Assembly: GCF_004010195.1 (NCBI RefSeq)
Contig: NC_057719.1
Span: 81,638,340 to 81,699,544 of the forward strand
DNA from: Chiloscyllium plagiosum
Lineage: Eukaryota
Direction: 5' to 3'
Length of the DNA stretch: 61,205 nucleotides
Part shown: one piece after another, positions 39,077-53,278 of the stretch
Numbering within the stretch: position 1 is the first letter of the stretch
Layout of the letters: every line of letters starts with the position of its first letter
The notes under the pieces: generated by a model
What the model was told of the DNA's origin: nothing
The model's database searches: none
What the model saw: the letters and a program-made list of their open reading frames with translations, nothing else
Program-made: the position numbers and the translations under genes

Positions 39077-39301
39077 CTGTGTTCACAAAATGCAACAAAT
39101 AAGTTTTTTTCTATAGTTTGGACAGTGCTGGGTTCCCATTAAGTGAAATCCGTTGAATCTGCACAAAGAGATCAATGCTGCCCTCCACCCACTCGCTGTC
39201 CTTTGGAGCAATAATCTCATTTGAAACCAATTCTAATAATCTTTACGAATCATTTGTATCTTGTTCTCCATGATTAGCAGCAAAACTATCAATTCTGACT
39301 G

Positions 39302-39655
39302 GGGCTCAGTGGTAGCAACCTTATTCATGTCATTTCCAGAAATTTGAGTCCATCATCTGTGTGTTTGGAGGTGCCTTATTTAATTGGAAGATTATTTGTC
39401 CTCTCAGGTGAACATAACAGATCCCACAGCAGTATTTTGAAGGGACCCAAGGGAATCCTGGTGACTCGCTGCTACCCCTCAACCAATATTGTTAATAATG
39501 CAGTTTAACTGGATGCTGCCTTATTGCTGACTATGGGAATTTGCAGAGTGTAATTTGGCTACTGTGTTTTGTACTGCATGCCTGCAGTACATCACTGGTT
39601 GTAAAGTACTTTAGGAAGCCCAAGGTTGTGGTGGGTACTACATAAATACACAGCT
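39302..39655 (+). mobile_element. Deu-domain-type SINE (SacSINE1/AmnSINE1-like)
   Basis: GGCTCAGTGGTAGCA head, CTCTCAGGTG..GATCCCA core, AATTTGGCTACTGTGTTT. Related copies at ~2190-2510(-), 10338-10500(+), 33350-34200(+, split), 55030-55450(-), 56180-56570(+) and 60310-60540(-). Confidence 0.7.
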
Positions 39656-39923
39656 TTCTTTTTCTCTCTCCTTCAATCAGTCAAACAAGCAACACCAGTT
39701 GGAGCATGCTATTGAGTCACCAGTGATCAAAGGACCTGAGAAGGTCAGCTATAGATCTGCCGGGGTTCTTGCTGGAGTGCATACTATATGCCCTAGGGAA
39801 CCCAAGAGCTGCACCTGAAATGTGGGGAAGAAAACTCTAGGAGGCTTCTCAGCAGGAGATAAAGTTGAACTGTGGTTCTTTCGAAGATGCACTGTTACAT
39901 CTCTCCAAACAGATCCTGCATAC

Positions 39924-40055
39924 CTTGAAGATATAAGTTGCCCCTCCGCCACCACCTCCTCCTCCGGCCCATTCTGACATGGCATTATTCGCGTTGTATT
40001 CATCTTCGATGATGGAAGATTCTCCCAAGCAGATCTTCTGAGTCATCTCGTCTTT
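39924..40055 (-). CDS. LTK: LTK exon: [44 protein letters not shown]
   Basis: WAG(8)ATYxFK poly-Gly motif. Acceptor cctttag, donor gtatgc; 132 bp, phase 0-0. Confidence 0.96.
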
Positions 40056-40261
40056 CTAAAGGAGAGATGCAGAGATGCTAACATCACACTGCAGCCATTC
40101 TACAGACTGTCATTTATTTCTCTTAATATGTGCATTTGCAATTATGCACTTAACAGACTGAAGGATATGTGCCTGGGTAGACTCGTATGGAGCACAAATC
40201 TTGCATGGACCAGTGGGGCTGAACTGCCTGTTTTGGTGCTGCCAATTCCATACAATTCTAC

Positions 40262-40870
40262 CTGATTTGATTTGATTTATTGTAGTTATATGTATCTGAG
40301 TTCAGTGCAAAGCTTTGTTTTGTCAGCAGTACAGGCAAATCTTAGCAAACAAGGACACACAGATCATAGGTTGCTTAGACAGAGTGAGATAAAGAGGTTA
40401 CACTGCACAGGAGATGTGCAAAGCAAGATCCATATTATTTAAAGTTAGAGAGTCCATTCATCAGTCTAGTAACAGCAGGGAAGAAGTTGTTCTTGAACCT
40501 GTTGGTCTGTGTGTGTGTGTGTGTGTGTGTGTTCAAGCTTCTGTATCTTCTGCCTGATGGAAGAGAGCATTATCCAAGGTGGGAAGGGGTCTTTGATGAT
40601 GTTGTTAGCCTTTCAGCAGCAATAAGAAGTGTAAGTGGGTTTCCGTGATGGTCTGGGCTGTTCACACAACGTTCTGTAGTTTCTTTTGGTCCTGTGCAGC
40701 GCAGTTGCCATACCAGGTCAGATAGAATGCTTTCTATGGTGCACCCAGGTAGAATGCTTTCTATGGTGCATCTGTAAAGTTGGTGAAAGTCCTTATGAAC
40801 ATGCCAAATTTCCTAACCACCTGAAGAAGAGGCGTTGTGTGCCTTCTTGACTGTTGCATCTACGTGGGAG
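40262..40870 (-). mobile_element. Rex/Babar-like LINE 3' fragment containing (TG)n
   Basis: Minus-strand YRCTIESIL..WYGNC and RFKNNFFPAV.RLMN motifs; (AAATC)n tail. A related + copy lies at ~14880-15147. Confidence 0.7.
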
Positions 40871-41289
40871 ACTCAAGATGGCGCCAACTCCGGGCAACTC
40901 TTTGTGAGATCTAACAGCAGATTTTATTCTCATTCTATTCAAAGCAGTTGATGCCCTTGTTCAAAATGGAGATTGTTTCAGTTTGTTTTTTTTACAGCAA
41001 TAGAAGTCATTAACGAAAAACTGCAATAGCAGCAATGGAGTAGTGATGTGGCCGTCTAACCTGGGTTATAGGCTGGGGAAGCATAAAATTCTCCAGGTGC
41101 CCTTTCCCATTGTCCTTCAGCTTGACTCCGACCTTTCCACAAGTGGGGTGCTAGGCCGAGGGTGGCCCATCCACCTGTCCTCCAAGTGAAGCCCTTAAAT
41201 AATCAATTATTGACCACCACAATTAGCCTCTCAATTCTGAGGCAGGACAGAGGGGTTCAGGAACGGGGAGGGAAGCCCAGCAAGCGAAG

Positions 41290-42560
41290 AGATGAATCTG
41301 TGGAATTCTTGACCGCAGAGGGCTGAGTTGTTGAACAAATTCAAGGCTGCGACAGACAGACTTTTAATCAGTAAAAGAAATCATGGGATTATGGAAAAAA
41401 GGCAGGAAAGTGGAGTAGAGGATTACCAGATTAGCTATGATCTCATTGAATAGGGGAGCAGACCCAAAGAGCTGAATGGACTATTCCTGCCCATGCATCT
41501 CATGGCCTTCTTAAGTGGGGGTGTGAGAGAGAGAGATATTGAAAATCATGAATGGCCTGGACAGGAGGTAAAGACAAACTGGTCTAATCGGTGGAAGGAT
41601 CAGGAAATGGGGACACCAATTTCAGGCATTTGGTGAAAGAATTAATGGCGATATGAAGAAAACCATTTTTATACAGCAGGCGGAGGCGATGGCATGGTAT
41701 AATCACTGGACTGTTAATCCAGAGACCCATATAATGGTCTGGGGACTAAGGTGCAAATCCTGCCATAGTAGATGGTGGAATTTGAGTTCAATTAAAAGCA
41801 AAATCTGGAATTAAGAGTCTAATGATCATTGTTGGAAAAACCCATCTTATTCACAAATGTCCTTTAGGGAAGGAAATCTGGTCTACATGTGACTCCAGAT
41901 TCACAGCAATATGGTTGACTCCTAACTGCCCTTTGAGCAGTTAGGGATGGGCAATAAATGCTGGCCTAACCGGCGATGCCCTCATCCGATGAATGAATTT
42001 TAAAATAGGTAGTAGGTATCTAAAACATACTGCCAGAGACTCCAGTGATGGAGACAGATTCAACCAAGGCATTCATAACAGATTGGATACTTATTGAAAA
42101 GAAAACAATTTCCAGAGCAATGAGAAAAAAATGGAGGACTAGCAAATAGCACTAACAGAGAGAAGGGCAGGGCACAACAAATCTAATTGGCCTCCTTTGG
42201 TGCTGTAACCATTCTACAATCTGCCACTTTGCAAAATGCCTTCCGAAAGTCGACATACAACACATCATCAGCGTTATACTCACCACCCCTCTCAGTTACC
42301 TCATCAAAAAACTCAAAATAATTTAATTATTCATAGCCTGTCTTCAACATTCTGGCTGTTTTTAATTAATTTTGCCTCAGATTATCATTTCTAAAACCAA
42401 TGAGGTTGAACTGACAGGCCTGTAGTTTCTGCTTTTATCCTTAAATCTAATTTTAAAATAAAGGGTAGCATTTGCAGTTCTTCTCTTCCAGCATCCTTTG
42501 TGTATCTTAGAAGGATTTAAACATTATGGCCAGTGCCTAACAATTACCACCTCTCTCTTC
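41290..42560. mobile_element. Cluster of CR1 fragments (two + 3' ends, one - RT piece)
   Basis: CR1 3' UTR motifs at 41290-41505 and 41530-42220; NYRPVS-type motif on the minus strand at ~42410-42430. Confidence 0.65.
41683..42000 (+). mobile_element. Same SINE family, inserted within a CR1 fragment
   Basis: GGAGGCGATGGCATGGT head through GATGCCCTCATCCGATGAATGAAT tail; CR1 sequence continues on both sides. Confidence 0.8.
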
Positions 42561-44416
42561 TGGCTGTAAGTAAAAGTCATATTATAAAATAAATTCATAG
42601 AATATATTAAAGGTAATATCTAGTGATAAAGACATTCTGCTGTTTATATGGGTGAGATCATTACAGCTATGGTGTGGCTATTCAAGTTTAACCACTACAG
42701 CTTCAAGGTCCATGTAAGAGTGTCTGGAAGAATCACTTAACCTAATTCTCTTAAAAATGGAGAGACAGTCAAGACTGGAGATTTTGCTCTGGCTTATCCT
42801 GAAAGAGTTGCAACTCTTTTGCTTTGTGGACATGGTTGCAGGCAAATTCACTGAGATACCTTCCAAACTGCTTAAGAAGTGTACCAAACAGTAAGATGAG
42901 ATAGTGTCTGCTCCAAACACAGAGCTGTCAGCTGTGAGGAGATATAAAGGCCAACTGTGATCTTGAATGTCTTTATTTTGTAATTTCCAACCTTGTTTTG
43001 AAATCCCTTAATAGCCAGCCCTTTCCCATCCCAGTAACCTCCTCACAACACCCTGAGGTCTCTGCAAAGCATCCAGTTCAGGCCCTTTGATAGTATCGAA
43101 AATTATCGCGATTGGTGAGAACGCTGTCAGGTACCTGGCTCCTAAAATATAGAATTCTTCCCTAAATCTCTTTATTTCCCTATCTCTTTCTCTTCCTGAA
43201 TCATTCCTTAAAGCTCACCACATTGACCACTAACATTTTTTTTGTCACTAACATCTCCTTAGATTCGTAGAAAATTGCAGCACTGAAGGAAGCCATTCAA
43301 CCTGCTGTGCCTGTACTGACTTTGGGGACGGGTGGTTGTGCTTAGTCTCCCCAGACCCGCAATTCATCAACCACACTATACTTCTCACATCCCGGAGTTA
43401 GTGGCATACCTCTTTTCCAAAGTATTTATGGAATCGACGTTCTCACCTTCTCAGGTACAGTGTTCCAGATCCTGACAACCCTCTGAGCAATGTAACTAAA
43501 GGCAACATCTTTTATGTACCGAGTACTTCGGATCTGGCGGCATTGGTTGAGATGCCTGCTGGAAGTGGAATCAATTGTGGCTTTCCAAAGGAAATTGGGA
43601 AAGTGCCTGGAGAGTTAGAAAATGGCAGTGCTATGGGGAAAGGGCAGCAGCTGGGATTGAAATGCTCTGGCCAAGAGCCAACAGAGGCCCAATAGACTGA
43701 ACGCCCACCTTCTGTGCAGTAACCATTTTATGATTCTATTTATATGGCAAAGTCTGCTACCGCCTGTTCCACAGTCAAGGAGGCAATGCAGAAAGAAACA
43801 ATATACCCAATTAAATGTGCATTTGTTTCATGATGGGCGCAATATTAAATTTAGAGTACTAAACTGTCAATTGGGCCTTGAATGGTGTTTTATAGAGGTT
43901 CAGTGTGCGGAAGCGGCTGAGGGTCTAAGCCCAACATAGTTAGAGCAAGCCCAAAGTGTTGGTTCCCAGGCATCTGCGGTGTCGAGAGCAGGAAGCCTGA
44001 GATTTCTCGAACAATGGGCTAAAGCAGAGGAGATTGAGACCTTGCAGGGAGTGCACTTAAGCAAGACTGTTGAATTTTTTTCTTTACTCCTTTCTTTTCC
44101 ACTTAATACTAGGAAGGACTGTAATTTTAACTTTCAACTTTATTTTTTTTCTACTTATACTACAAACAACTTTTAGCTTTGTTTATCTGTGTTACTACTT
44201 GTGCCCTAGTTTTGTACCTAGGTATCTTTGTACATAAGATGGCGCTGTATGTGGTGACATTGTACACTGTTTACTGCATTCCTGTACTTGAATACAAGTG
44301 ACAATAAAGCTTAAATCAAATCAAATCAAGTCAACTTGCTATTGATACACCAAACACCATTTGCTTCCTTCATCCCTACATTGTGACACACAGGATGTGG
44401 AAGAGATTTCACATAC

Positions 44417-44567
44417 CCCTGGACAGGCATCTTCTCCTTGCTGTCCAACCAGGATATAAAGTAGGTCACCCTTCTCTAGATGAAAAATGGCTGAGATGAA
44501 AATTCCATGTGACCTCTTGTTGCTGTTCCGGGCTCCTTTTCCTCCAGCAGCTCCATAAGCAGAGACC
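44417..44567 (-). CDS. LTK: LTK exon: [50 protein letters not shown]
   Basis: Translated by hand (absent from the ORF track). Acceptor ctctctag, donor gtatgt; 151 bp. [11 protein letters not shown] and FxSAIF are LTK-type rather than ALK-type ([17 protein letters not shown]). Confidence 0.96.
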
Positions 44568-44734
44568 CTAGAGAGAAAGGTTTGGTTAGAGACTGCTAAG
44601 TCCTGAGGAAAGACTAAACATTGAGAGGTCCACCCAAATTAGAGCTGGGACAATGAAAATGACTTGAATCAGGGCTGGGACTAATCAGTGTTAAGGATTT
44701 ACAGAAATCAGAGCCAGTAGGGTTAGCATAGGGA

Positions 44735-45305
44735 TTTTATTTTATTCATTCTTGAGTTTTAAACACCACTAGCAAGGTGGTTGCCTACAGCCAACTGCCT
44801 TTGAGGTGGTATTAAGCTGCCATCTTGAATCGCTTGGTGCCTAGGCAACAAGCAAGTTTCAGAATTTGGACCCAGGAAATGTGAAGGAATAGCGACATAT
44901 TTCCAGTTTAGGACTTGGATGTGTGCCTTGGTAGGGATCTTGCAGGTAGTAGTGTCGCTACACAGTCCGCTGTCTTAATCTTTCTCCATTGTGGAGGTTG
45001 CGGATTAGAAGAAGTTATTGAAGGAGCCTGGGTATTCACTGCAATTCGTATTGTAGATGGTAATACATTGATGCCACTGTGTATTGGTGGCGAACCGAGT
45101 GAATATTGAAGGTGGTGGATGTGGTGCCAATCAAGCGGGCTGCTTTGTCCTGGATGGTGTCAATCTTCTTGAGTGTTGTTGGAGCTGTACCCATCCAGGC
45201 ATGGGGAGTATTCCATCACACTCCTGACTTGTATCTTGTAGGCTCTGGAGGGTCAGGAGGTGAGTTACTCGCTGTAGAATTCCCAGCTTTTGACCTGCCC
45301 TTGTA
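44735..45305 (-). mobile_element. LINE 3' fragment sharing the (ATGA)n SINE tail
   Basis: Minus-strand YKSGVxMEYSP.AWM.TAPTTLKKIDTIQDKAARLIG motif. A related decayed copy lies at ~1605-2090. Confidence 0.7.
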
Positions 45306-45354
45306 GAAATTACTACTTATATCTACCACTACATAATGTTTTTTTTTGAAGAGT

Positions 45355-45665
45355 TGTTCACAGGATGTAGGCATCAAAGGTTATGCCAGTATTTATTGCC
45401 CGGTTAAGAGTCAATCACATTGCTGTGGGCCTTGGGTCACATGTAGGCTAAATTAGTTTCTTTCCCTAAAAGATGTTAGTGAATCAGAAGGGTTTTTCCT
45501 GACAATTAGCCCTGGTTGCAGGATCATCATTAGACTCTTAATTTCTGAATTTTTATTAATTGAATTCAAATTCCACCATTTGCCGTGGCAGGATTCGAAC
45601 ATGCCAGATCCCTGGAACATTGCCTGGTTTCTGGATGAATTGGCGAACAATAATGCCACGAGGCT
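45355..45665 (-). mobile_element. Same SINE family
   Basis: Collinear body, B-box GGATTCGAAC. Confidence 0.75.
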
Positions 45666-46117
45666 ATTCCCTCCTGCGATAATGGGGAACGTATTTGAAA
45701 TGAAGTCTGGACTGTTTGGACTGGGGGGTCAGAGCTGGCATTATTGGTTGGGGCTAATGTGTCAACCAGAACACATCGGTTTGCACAGAGACCTGACAAG
45801 AGCAACTTTAAAATGGAAGCTCATGGTCCTTTGGTGGACATTCTTTCAATGAAGTAGGTAGTTGTGGCAACAAGGGTTACAAGAAGCCTTATTAAAAATG
45901 GGCGAATGGTTGTTTTATGAGAAACTGTTCTTATTGTGTGCTATTAGCAATGGCTCCCTCGACCAGAGTCTCTTAGGGCTTGTGACAATCAAGGGGCAAG
46001 TATGATTTGGTTTAGTAAGACCTGTACTCATAGATTTTACAAATTCATCAAGGCTGGGTATGAGCTGCTACTGATTCAGGATGCGCTGATGTTAAATGAA
46101 TCAAAGGGCTCTGCTTA

Positions 46118-46372
<255 letters not shown>

Positions 46373-47652
46373 TTAACATGTTGCTCACAGACCATCGGTA
46401 ACACTTCTCCATATCCTTTCTCAAGTGGTTCCTTTGGACTGGCATAGTGGGACAGCTCTCTGCTTTTCACATGACCACATCTTATACCTAGACCATCAGC
46501 TGTTATTAACAGATCTATGTTCCACGGACAATGACCAGATATTATAGTGACTTTAATCAATTTGTGATCACTGTTCATAGAACAGTTCTTCATGTTGACT
46601 ACTACGTTACCATTTTTAATATACTTAAAGCAACGATGTGTTGATTGGCTCGTTCTCATGCCTCGAATTGTAATTTTTTGCTCTTTTATGAGTGTGAGTA
46701 TGTTTAAAGCATTCAAATATTTGCAAAGCACAAGCATCACGATGTAAAACTTTTAAGGCATGTAGATCCGAAAATCCTCAAACATTTCTTTGCTTCCTCT
46801 AATATTTATAGGAATATTGTGAGGGGCTTCTATGAGCTCTAGATATAGAAATTCTGAACAGAAGGTGAGTACAAACTATTAATGTTTATTGCCTATCAGC
46901 ATTGTAGAGTAGGGATTCATTACTGTTGCAGCTTCTGCGGTAAAACATCACTGCAGTATGATGTTATCTGAGTGCTCCCTACATATTAGCCCCTGTAGGA
47001 TATTCCACAAAGACTGGGTTCTTGTTGAGAAAGACATCTCAAAGTTTATGAGCAACATTAATTATTTATAATATCTCAGACTTACATAGAGTCTAGACTG
47101 TATGTTTACCGTTGTTACTATGATTAATGCTGCTGCTGCTACAACAATAATATTGGCTCCTGAAAGTGAGAAGGGTAACTTTATACTGGAATATATTGTG
47201 ATGTCAACTAGTTGTCTTAAAAGTACATTGCCTGTCTGGTCTGGAATCTATGCAATAATACAGCAGGTAGCTTCCATCAAGTCTCGGTTTCATGTGATCT
47301 ACCATCATGATGACATAGCTCCTTATGCAGATGCCCAGAAGCTATTCTCAGTGTACTGGTAGTTATCCCTTTACTCCACAATATTTTATGGATAACCCTA
47401 TATGTAGCATTCTACCAAAGTTTATGTTCAACCAAAAATCTCTTCATCTCTTTTCTTTCACCATCATTGTGCTTGCTGACCTATACTGGCTTTCGGTGTG
47501 ACATTGCCTCAATTTAAAAATTCTCATCCTTATATTTTCCAATCCTGCTAAGACCTCACAGCACCACTAATTATCTTACCTTCAACTTACCTTGGTATAA
47601 AATTTTTGCTAATAGTTCTGTAACTCGTCTTGGGACATTTTAGCTATGGTGT

Positions 47653-47691
47653 ACACACACACACACACACACGCACACGCACACGCACACG

Positions 47692-47731
<40 letters not shown>

Positions 47732-47738
47732 CACACAC
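47653..47738. repeat. Compound (CA)n/(CACG) microsatellite
   Basis: Directly visible. Confidence 0.95.
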
Positions 47739-48410
47739 AATTGTCATTTGTACATTGCTGCCAGTGTTTACAATTGTATCATAAATCTATACAGCATAGA
47801 AAGAGGCAATTTTGTCTATCATCCCTATACCAGTACTTTGAAAGAGAGTTCTCCATTCAATTCTACTTACAAGCTTTTTTCCATTTAGTCCTTTAAATTT
47901 TCAACCTTTGGATTATAGCTAATTCATTTTTAAGGAAGGTACATGATATTATAAGTGTGGAATTGGCATTTACTATATGCACATCACTATTCAAAATGAG
48001 AGTTAAATTACACCTATGAGCTCACCCCTGCCAGTTAACCTCACCGTACCTTAAGACGATAACCTACCTTATTTGCAATGTTCTGAAAGATTGGTTTAAC
48101 CATAGCTTAAAGATCTGAGATAGAATTTAGAATTTATTCTTTGTCACAAAAGTATTGTGTACGGTAAATTGCTGGAAGTTTGGGCAATGTAAAGACAAAA
48201 GGGCATCTGGGGACTCAGTGAATGATGGAGCAAGAAGTCTAATTTCTTAACCAATGAGAATTAAATGCTAAGAACTAAACATATAAGGACAGACATTGGT
48301 GATTCATAATAGAGAATCAAATCAGGTTAACAACAAAACCCTGCTCCATGAAAATTATAGACTGGTTGAAGTTGAGACCCTTTTTTCATTAAGATTTAGT
48401 AGAGTCATAT

Positions 48411-48746
48411 CATAGAATCCCTACAGTATGGAAGTAGGATATTCAGCCCAGTGAGTCCATACCAACTCTCCAAACAGCATCCCACTGATACCCAACCACC
48501 TAACCCTATAAATCTGCATTTCCCATGGCTAAAATATCTCACCTGCACATTCCTGGACACTATGATCCATTCAGCATGGCCAATCCACCTAACCTATCAC
48601 CTTTGGACTGAAAGAGGAAACCAAAGCACCAAAAGGAAACCGATGCAGACAACGTGCAAGTTCCACACAGTCATTCAAGGGTGGAATCAAATCCGGGTCC
48701 TTGGCACTGTGAGACAGAAGTGCTAACCTTGAGGTACCATGACACC
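48411..48746 (-). mobile_element. Diverged HE1-type V-SINE
   Basis: CATAGAATCCCTACAG tail through GCACTGTGAGACAGAAGTGCTAACC head. Confidence 0.8.
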
Positions 48747-49630
48747 TTTAGTAGAGTAGCAGAGTAGAAACTGGTGACAATACACAATTCCTGGCATAGG
48801 TCTTCCTCACCTCAGGCTGGATGGGTTTCATACATTTAATTTTTCAGCAAATTCTTGACATTTATATCTACCACAGTTCCAGTCAACTATCACATTTGTT
48901 CCTCTCTCCATTCTTTTGTGATGGATGCCTTCCCTGCAAAGTTATCACATTGAACTTTATCCTCATACACAGGAAAAATGAACCAGATACATTATCAGAA
49001 ATGATACAGCACCTCTAACATTGTAAAACCCTCCAATGTTCTTCAAAGGATTTTAATTAGAAAATGAAATTCATTTTGAGACAAAGAAATAGGCCTGAAG
49101 ATAATTCAAAGGGTTGGTTTTAAAGATGGTTTTAAAGAAGAAGGGAAAATTAGACAAGCAAAGAGTTTAGGGAGGGAATCCCAGAGTTTAGATCTGAGGG
49201 GAAAGTGAGGCATAGGAATCTGATATGGGCTACAGAGTTCTGGACAGATTCAACTTTGAACCTAAAAATTATAATAGCATATGGTGTGATACATTCTCTA
49301 ATAATTATGTGCCATCTCAAATAATTCACCATGAAACTACTTATGGAATATATGTGTTTCAATACTTTTACCTGATGGGGCAACCTCTGGCACAGGGAAG
49401 TGAAATGGCAAATCTTCTAGTTGATCCAATGAATCATCCTCCAATGTTACCGGTTCAGTCTCTATATGGACAAAAAGGCAGATGAGTGCAGAATATTCCG
49501 CAGGATAACAGGCCCATAATGGAGTCATCTGATGTTGACAAGCCAATATCCTGAACCCTCCTCATCTAATGGGAACAGAAGAAGGCCATTCTATCTCATC
49601 ATTTGTACCTTCATGCAACTCAAATATAAA

Positions 49631-49728
49631 ATCATAGAATGCCTACAGTGTGGAAGGAGGCCAAACAGCCCCTCGGTCACTGGCACTGTGAGACAGCAGT
49701 GCTAAACACTGAGCCACCATGCCTCCCC
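49631..49728 (-). mobile_element. Internally deleted HE1-type SINE (head joined to tail)
   Basis: Tail CATAGAATGCCTACAG lies directly next to head GCAGTGCTAAACACTGAGCCACCATGCC. Confidence 0.65.
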
Positions 49729-50449
49729 ATCATGGCTGATTTGAAGCCACATAAAAGAAACAATGAATAGGAAAGCAGAGATAATGACCAGTATACCCAT
49801 GGATTTGCAAACTGGAGATGCCCAGGTGATGTTGTATTGAACCATACCATGACCTTATTCAATGATGGAGTACACTTGAAAGGCTGAATGGCCTACTCCT
49901 GCTCCTTGTTCATATGTCACAAATATGGAACTGAAAGCTAGTCTCAGTGATGGCAATAATGAAACTATTGTCAATTGTTGTAGAAACCCATCTGGTTCAT
50001 GAATATCTTTTCAGGAAGGAAATCTGCCATCCTTACCTGTTCTGTCCTACTTGTGACTCCAGATCCACAGCAATGTGGTTGACTCTTAAATACCTCTGAA
50101 ATAGCCAAGTAAGCCATTCAGTTCAAGGGAATTAAAAGTGATGACAACTGCTAGCCTTGCTAGTGATGCCCATACCCAGTGAAAAATAAAGAATAAAGAA
50201 ATAATATAAAGATATATTGCTAGAAATCTTGGAAATCCATTCCTAGTAGTGTCATGTAAATATATTCAGCACACAAACACAGTGATTCTGGAAGACAGCT
50301 CATTAAACTCTTCTTAAAGACTATTAAAGATGGACATTAAGTTCTCATGTTCTGTTGATGTTCACACCTTGTGAATGAATGAGAAAAAATACAGACTGAG
50401 TGTTGAGGCTGTTTGAGGGTTTCAGCCAATGGAATGTATTCAAGTGAGA

Positions 50450-51165
50450 AGAACAAGGATAGACAATACAAACTGTAGGATATAATCTAAAAAAGGCATA
50501 TGAACACTTTGAGGTACATGTGCAGAAATTGTTGAAGCTAGCAGAACAGGTGAGTGATTAAATAACCATATGCTATCCTGAGCCTTATAAATAAATGTAT
50601 GAAGTGCAAAAGCAGGGAGGTTATAATGAATATTTGCATAACTCTAGTTTGGCCTCGAATGGACTATTGGATTCAATTCTATTCATTACACTTTAGGAAG
50701 TATATGAAGATTGCAGAGAGAGTGCTGGAAAGATCTACAAAAATGCCTCCAAGAGTGAGCAAATTTCATATTGAATGGATGTAGTATAGAAACTGAAGGT
50801 TGAGAGGGAGATTTGCTAAAGGTATACTAAATTACAAGGCATGTAGACAGTGTAGGTCGAGGGAACCTGCTCCCATCGGTAGGTTGAGAACCAAAAGACA
50901 CATACCTAAGGTGATTGGCAAAAGCACCAAATGTAACACCAGGAGAAAAGCTTTCACAAAGCAAGTGTTCAGGGTCTGCAATGTATTGCCTGAGACTATG
51001 GCGAAGGTAGGGTCAGACTGTGGTATGAAATAAAAAATGGAAAAACAACTTGAACAGAAACATTTGCAGGGTTATGGGGAACCAAGGGAGCCAGATGCTA
51101 GCTATTTTACTTTCAGAGTTGGCTGAAGGGTCTCCTTCTGTGTTGTGATTGTTTTACAGTTCTAT
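50450..51165 (+). mobile_element. Old CR1 3' fragment
   Basis: KSREVI..LVWPRMDYWIQFYS and FTKQVFRVCNVLPE. Confidence 0.75.
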
Positions 51166-52754
51166 GACATATTAATGCAAAGTGAGATGGATCATACTTT
51201 CAGTAATGGATCCATCTATTAACACTGTATCTGATCTCATAGTTTGTAATACAATCGATTTGCTAATGCACTATTTGGATGGCTCACATTATTATGAATG
51301 GAATCAACTTATTAATAGAATGTGTTGGATGGTCACAATGTTAGTAATGGGATCTATTTACTTATACAGGCTTGATGATGGCTCCTATCTTAGTAGTAAT
51401 GGAGTATCCTTATTAATACATTGATGCAGGCAGTGAGTCAGAGACCTATGCTGCTCTGGGTCTGTTCTCAGAACTGTCTCACTGATTAATTTGCTATAAT
51501 GTAGCAATCTCATCAATTAATTAATTAAGGTATCACAAAAGCTCTTTCAATATTGCTGCTGGCACTCGCTGGAATGAATAATTAATGGAGTCACATTATG
51601 CAAGATGTGCTTTCTGGAGAAGGCTCATGAAAGCCATATTATAGAGTATTTTCTGGAGATGCAGCACATATATGCACACGAACCCATTTTAACAATATCT
51701 TCTATGGTGCTGCTAAATTGGTTCAAAACAGTGAGATCAAGTGCAAAGGAAAACATGTAATCACTGTAGTTCTCTAGTACAAGGTAATGTAATGCAACAA
51801 GATGCTTAGGTCGACGTTAATCCTGAGAAGCTACCATTGTCCTGTTGCATAACTTCCCAACAAGCACATCCCACTTAAGATTTAGTAGTTGGCCCTGCTT
51901 TCATTCCTAAGTAGTAAAGTCCTGCTTCTAAAGACAGTGGTCAGCTCTCTTTTCTGATACAGAACCACCTGAACTCAAAAATCTCCATGTTTTCAATATT
52001 CCTGGAATTGGACTATTATGGTGTGGTGCTGGATACGTGAACAGGGACAGAAAAAATAATCGAGAGTTATAGGCACGCAGACAGAGTGAGATGAAGAGAG
52101 TAAAAGACAGAGAGAAAGGATACGACAAAGGGAGAAAGAGGCAAAAGGGAAAGAGTAAGATAAAGGACCAAAAGAGAGGCAGAGAGACATAGAATAAAAG
52201 CAGAGATGAATAAATATATGAAGAGAAGTACACAGTCAAAGACAAAATAGAGAAATAAATGGAAAAAGATGCTGATAAAGAATCCAAGATAGCTGGAAGG
52301 CAAAGGAGCTGAAGAATATGCAAAACAAAAGAGAGAAAATACTTAAACGGTTCTGTCAGTTCGATTATGATGAGCCCAAAATCTCTGAAAATCCTGTGAG
52401 GAGTGAAAGAAAAATAGCAAAAACTTTCTCTTTCTCTCTACAGATGATGTCAGACCTGCTGAGTATTTTCAGTATTTTCTAGTCTTAATTTCAGATTTCC
52501 ATCACCCATGGCATTTTGCTTTCGTATAAAAGCAAAGTGCAGCCTAGTTTGTCTCCATCCTTCAGACAATGTCTGAACAACAGCATCAACAAAAATGCAT
52601 TAATGGGATTTTCTGTTTTCAGCACTTGCCCTTATTCTTAATCTGTGTTGGTTCCCTTATCTTGTTAGAAATGTCTTCCACACAGGCTCCACCTCATATT
52701 TCCACCTCAGCAACTTTGAATTCTTGCTCTTACTGTTCATTCTTTTGAACTGCG

Positions 52755-53278
52755 TTAAATTCTGGTCTCCCTGCTACAGGGAAGACGTTGAAAGGGTTCA
52801 GAAAAGATTTACAAGAATGCTGCCAGTGTTTGAGCTGTAGGGAGAGGCTGAATAGGCTGGGACTGTTTTCACAGAGAATCGGAGGCTGAGGGGTGACTTT
52901 AGAGAGACTTACAAAATCATGAGGTATGTCGTTAGAGTGAATAACCAAGGTCTTTTTCCTCGATAGGGGAGTCTAAAACGAGAGGACACAGGATCAAGGT
53001 GAGAGGGGAAAGATATAAAAGGGACCTAAGGGGCAACCTTTTCACACAGAGAGTGGTGTGTGTACGGAATGAGTTGCCAGAAGAAGTGGTGGAGGTTGGT
53101 ACAATTACAACATTTAAAAAGCATTTACATGAGTACATGAATAGGGACCATTTTGAAGGATATGGGCCAAATGCTGGCAAATGGGACTAAATTAAGTTGG
53201 GCTATCTGGTCAGCACAGACGAATGTTTCCATACTGTACAACTCTATGCGTATGTTTCCATACTGTACAACTCTATGC
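52755..53278 (+). mobile_element. HER1/CR1 3' fragment with duplicated terminus
   Basis: RGERYKRDLRGNLFTQRVV..GYGPNAGKWD; a 27-bp unit is repeated at 53223 and 53252. Confidence 0.9.

Noticed and set aside
51928..52323. Hydrophobic 131-aa ORF resembling a membrane protein
   Set aside because: Artefact of a purine-rich low-complexity tract.
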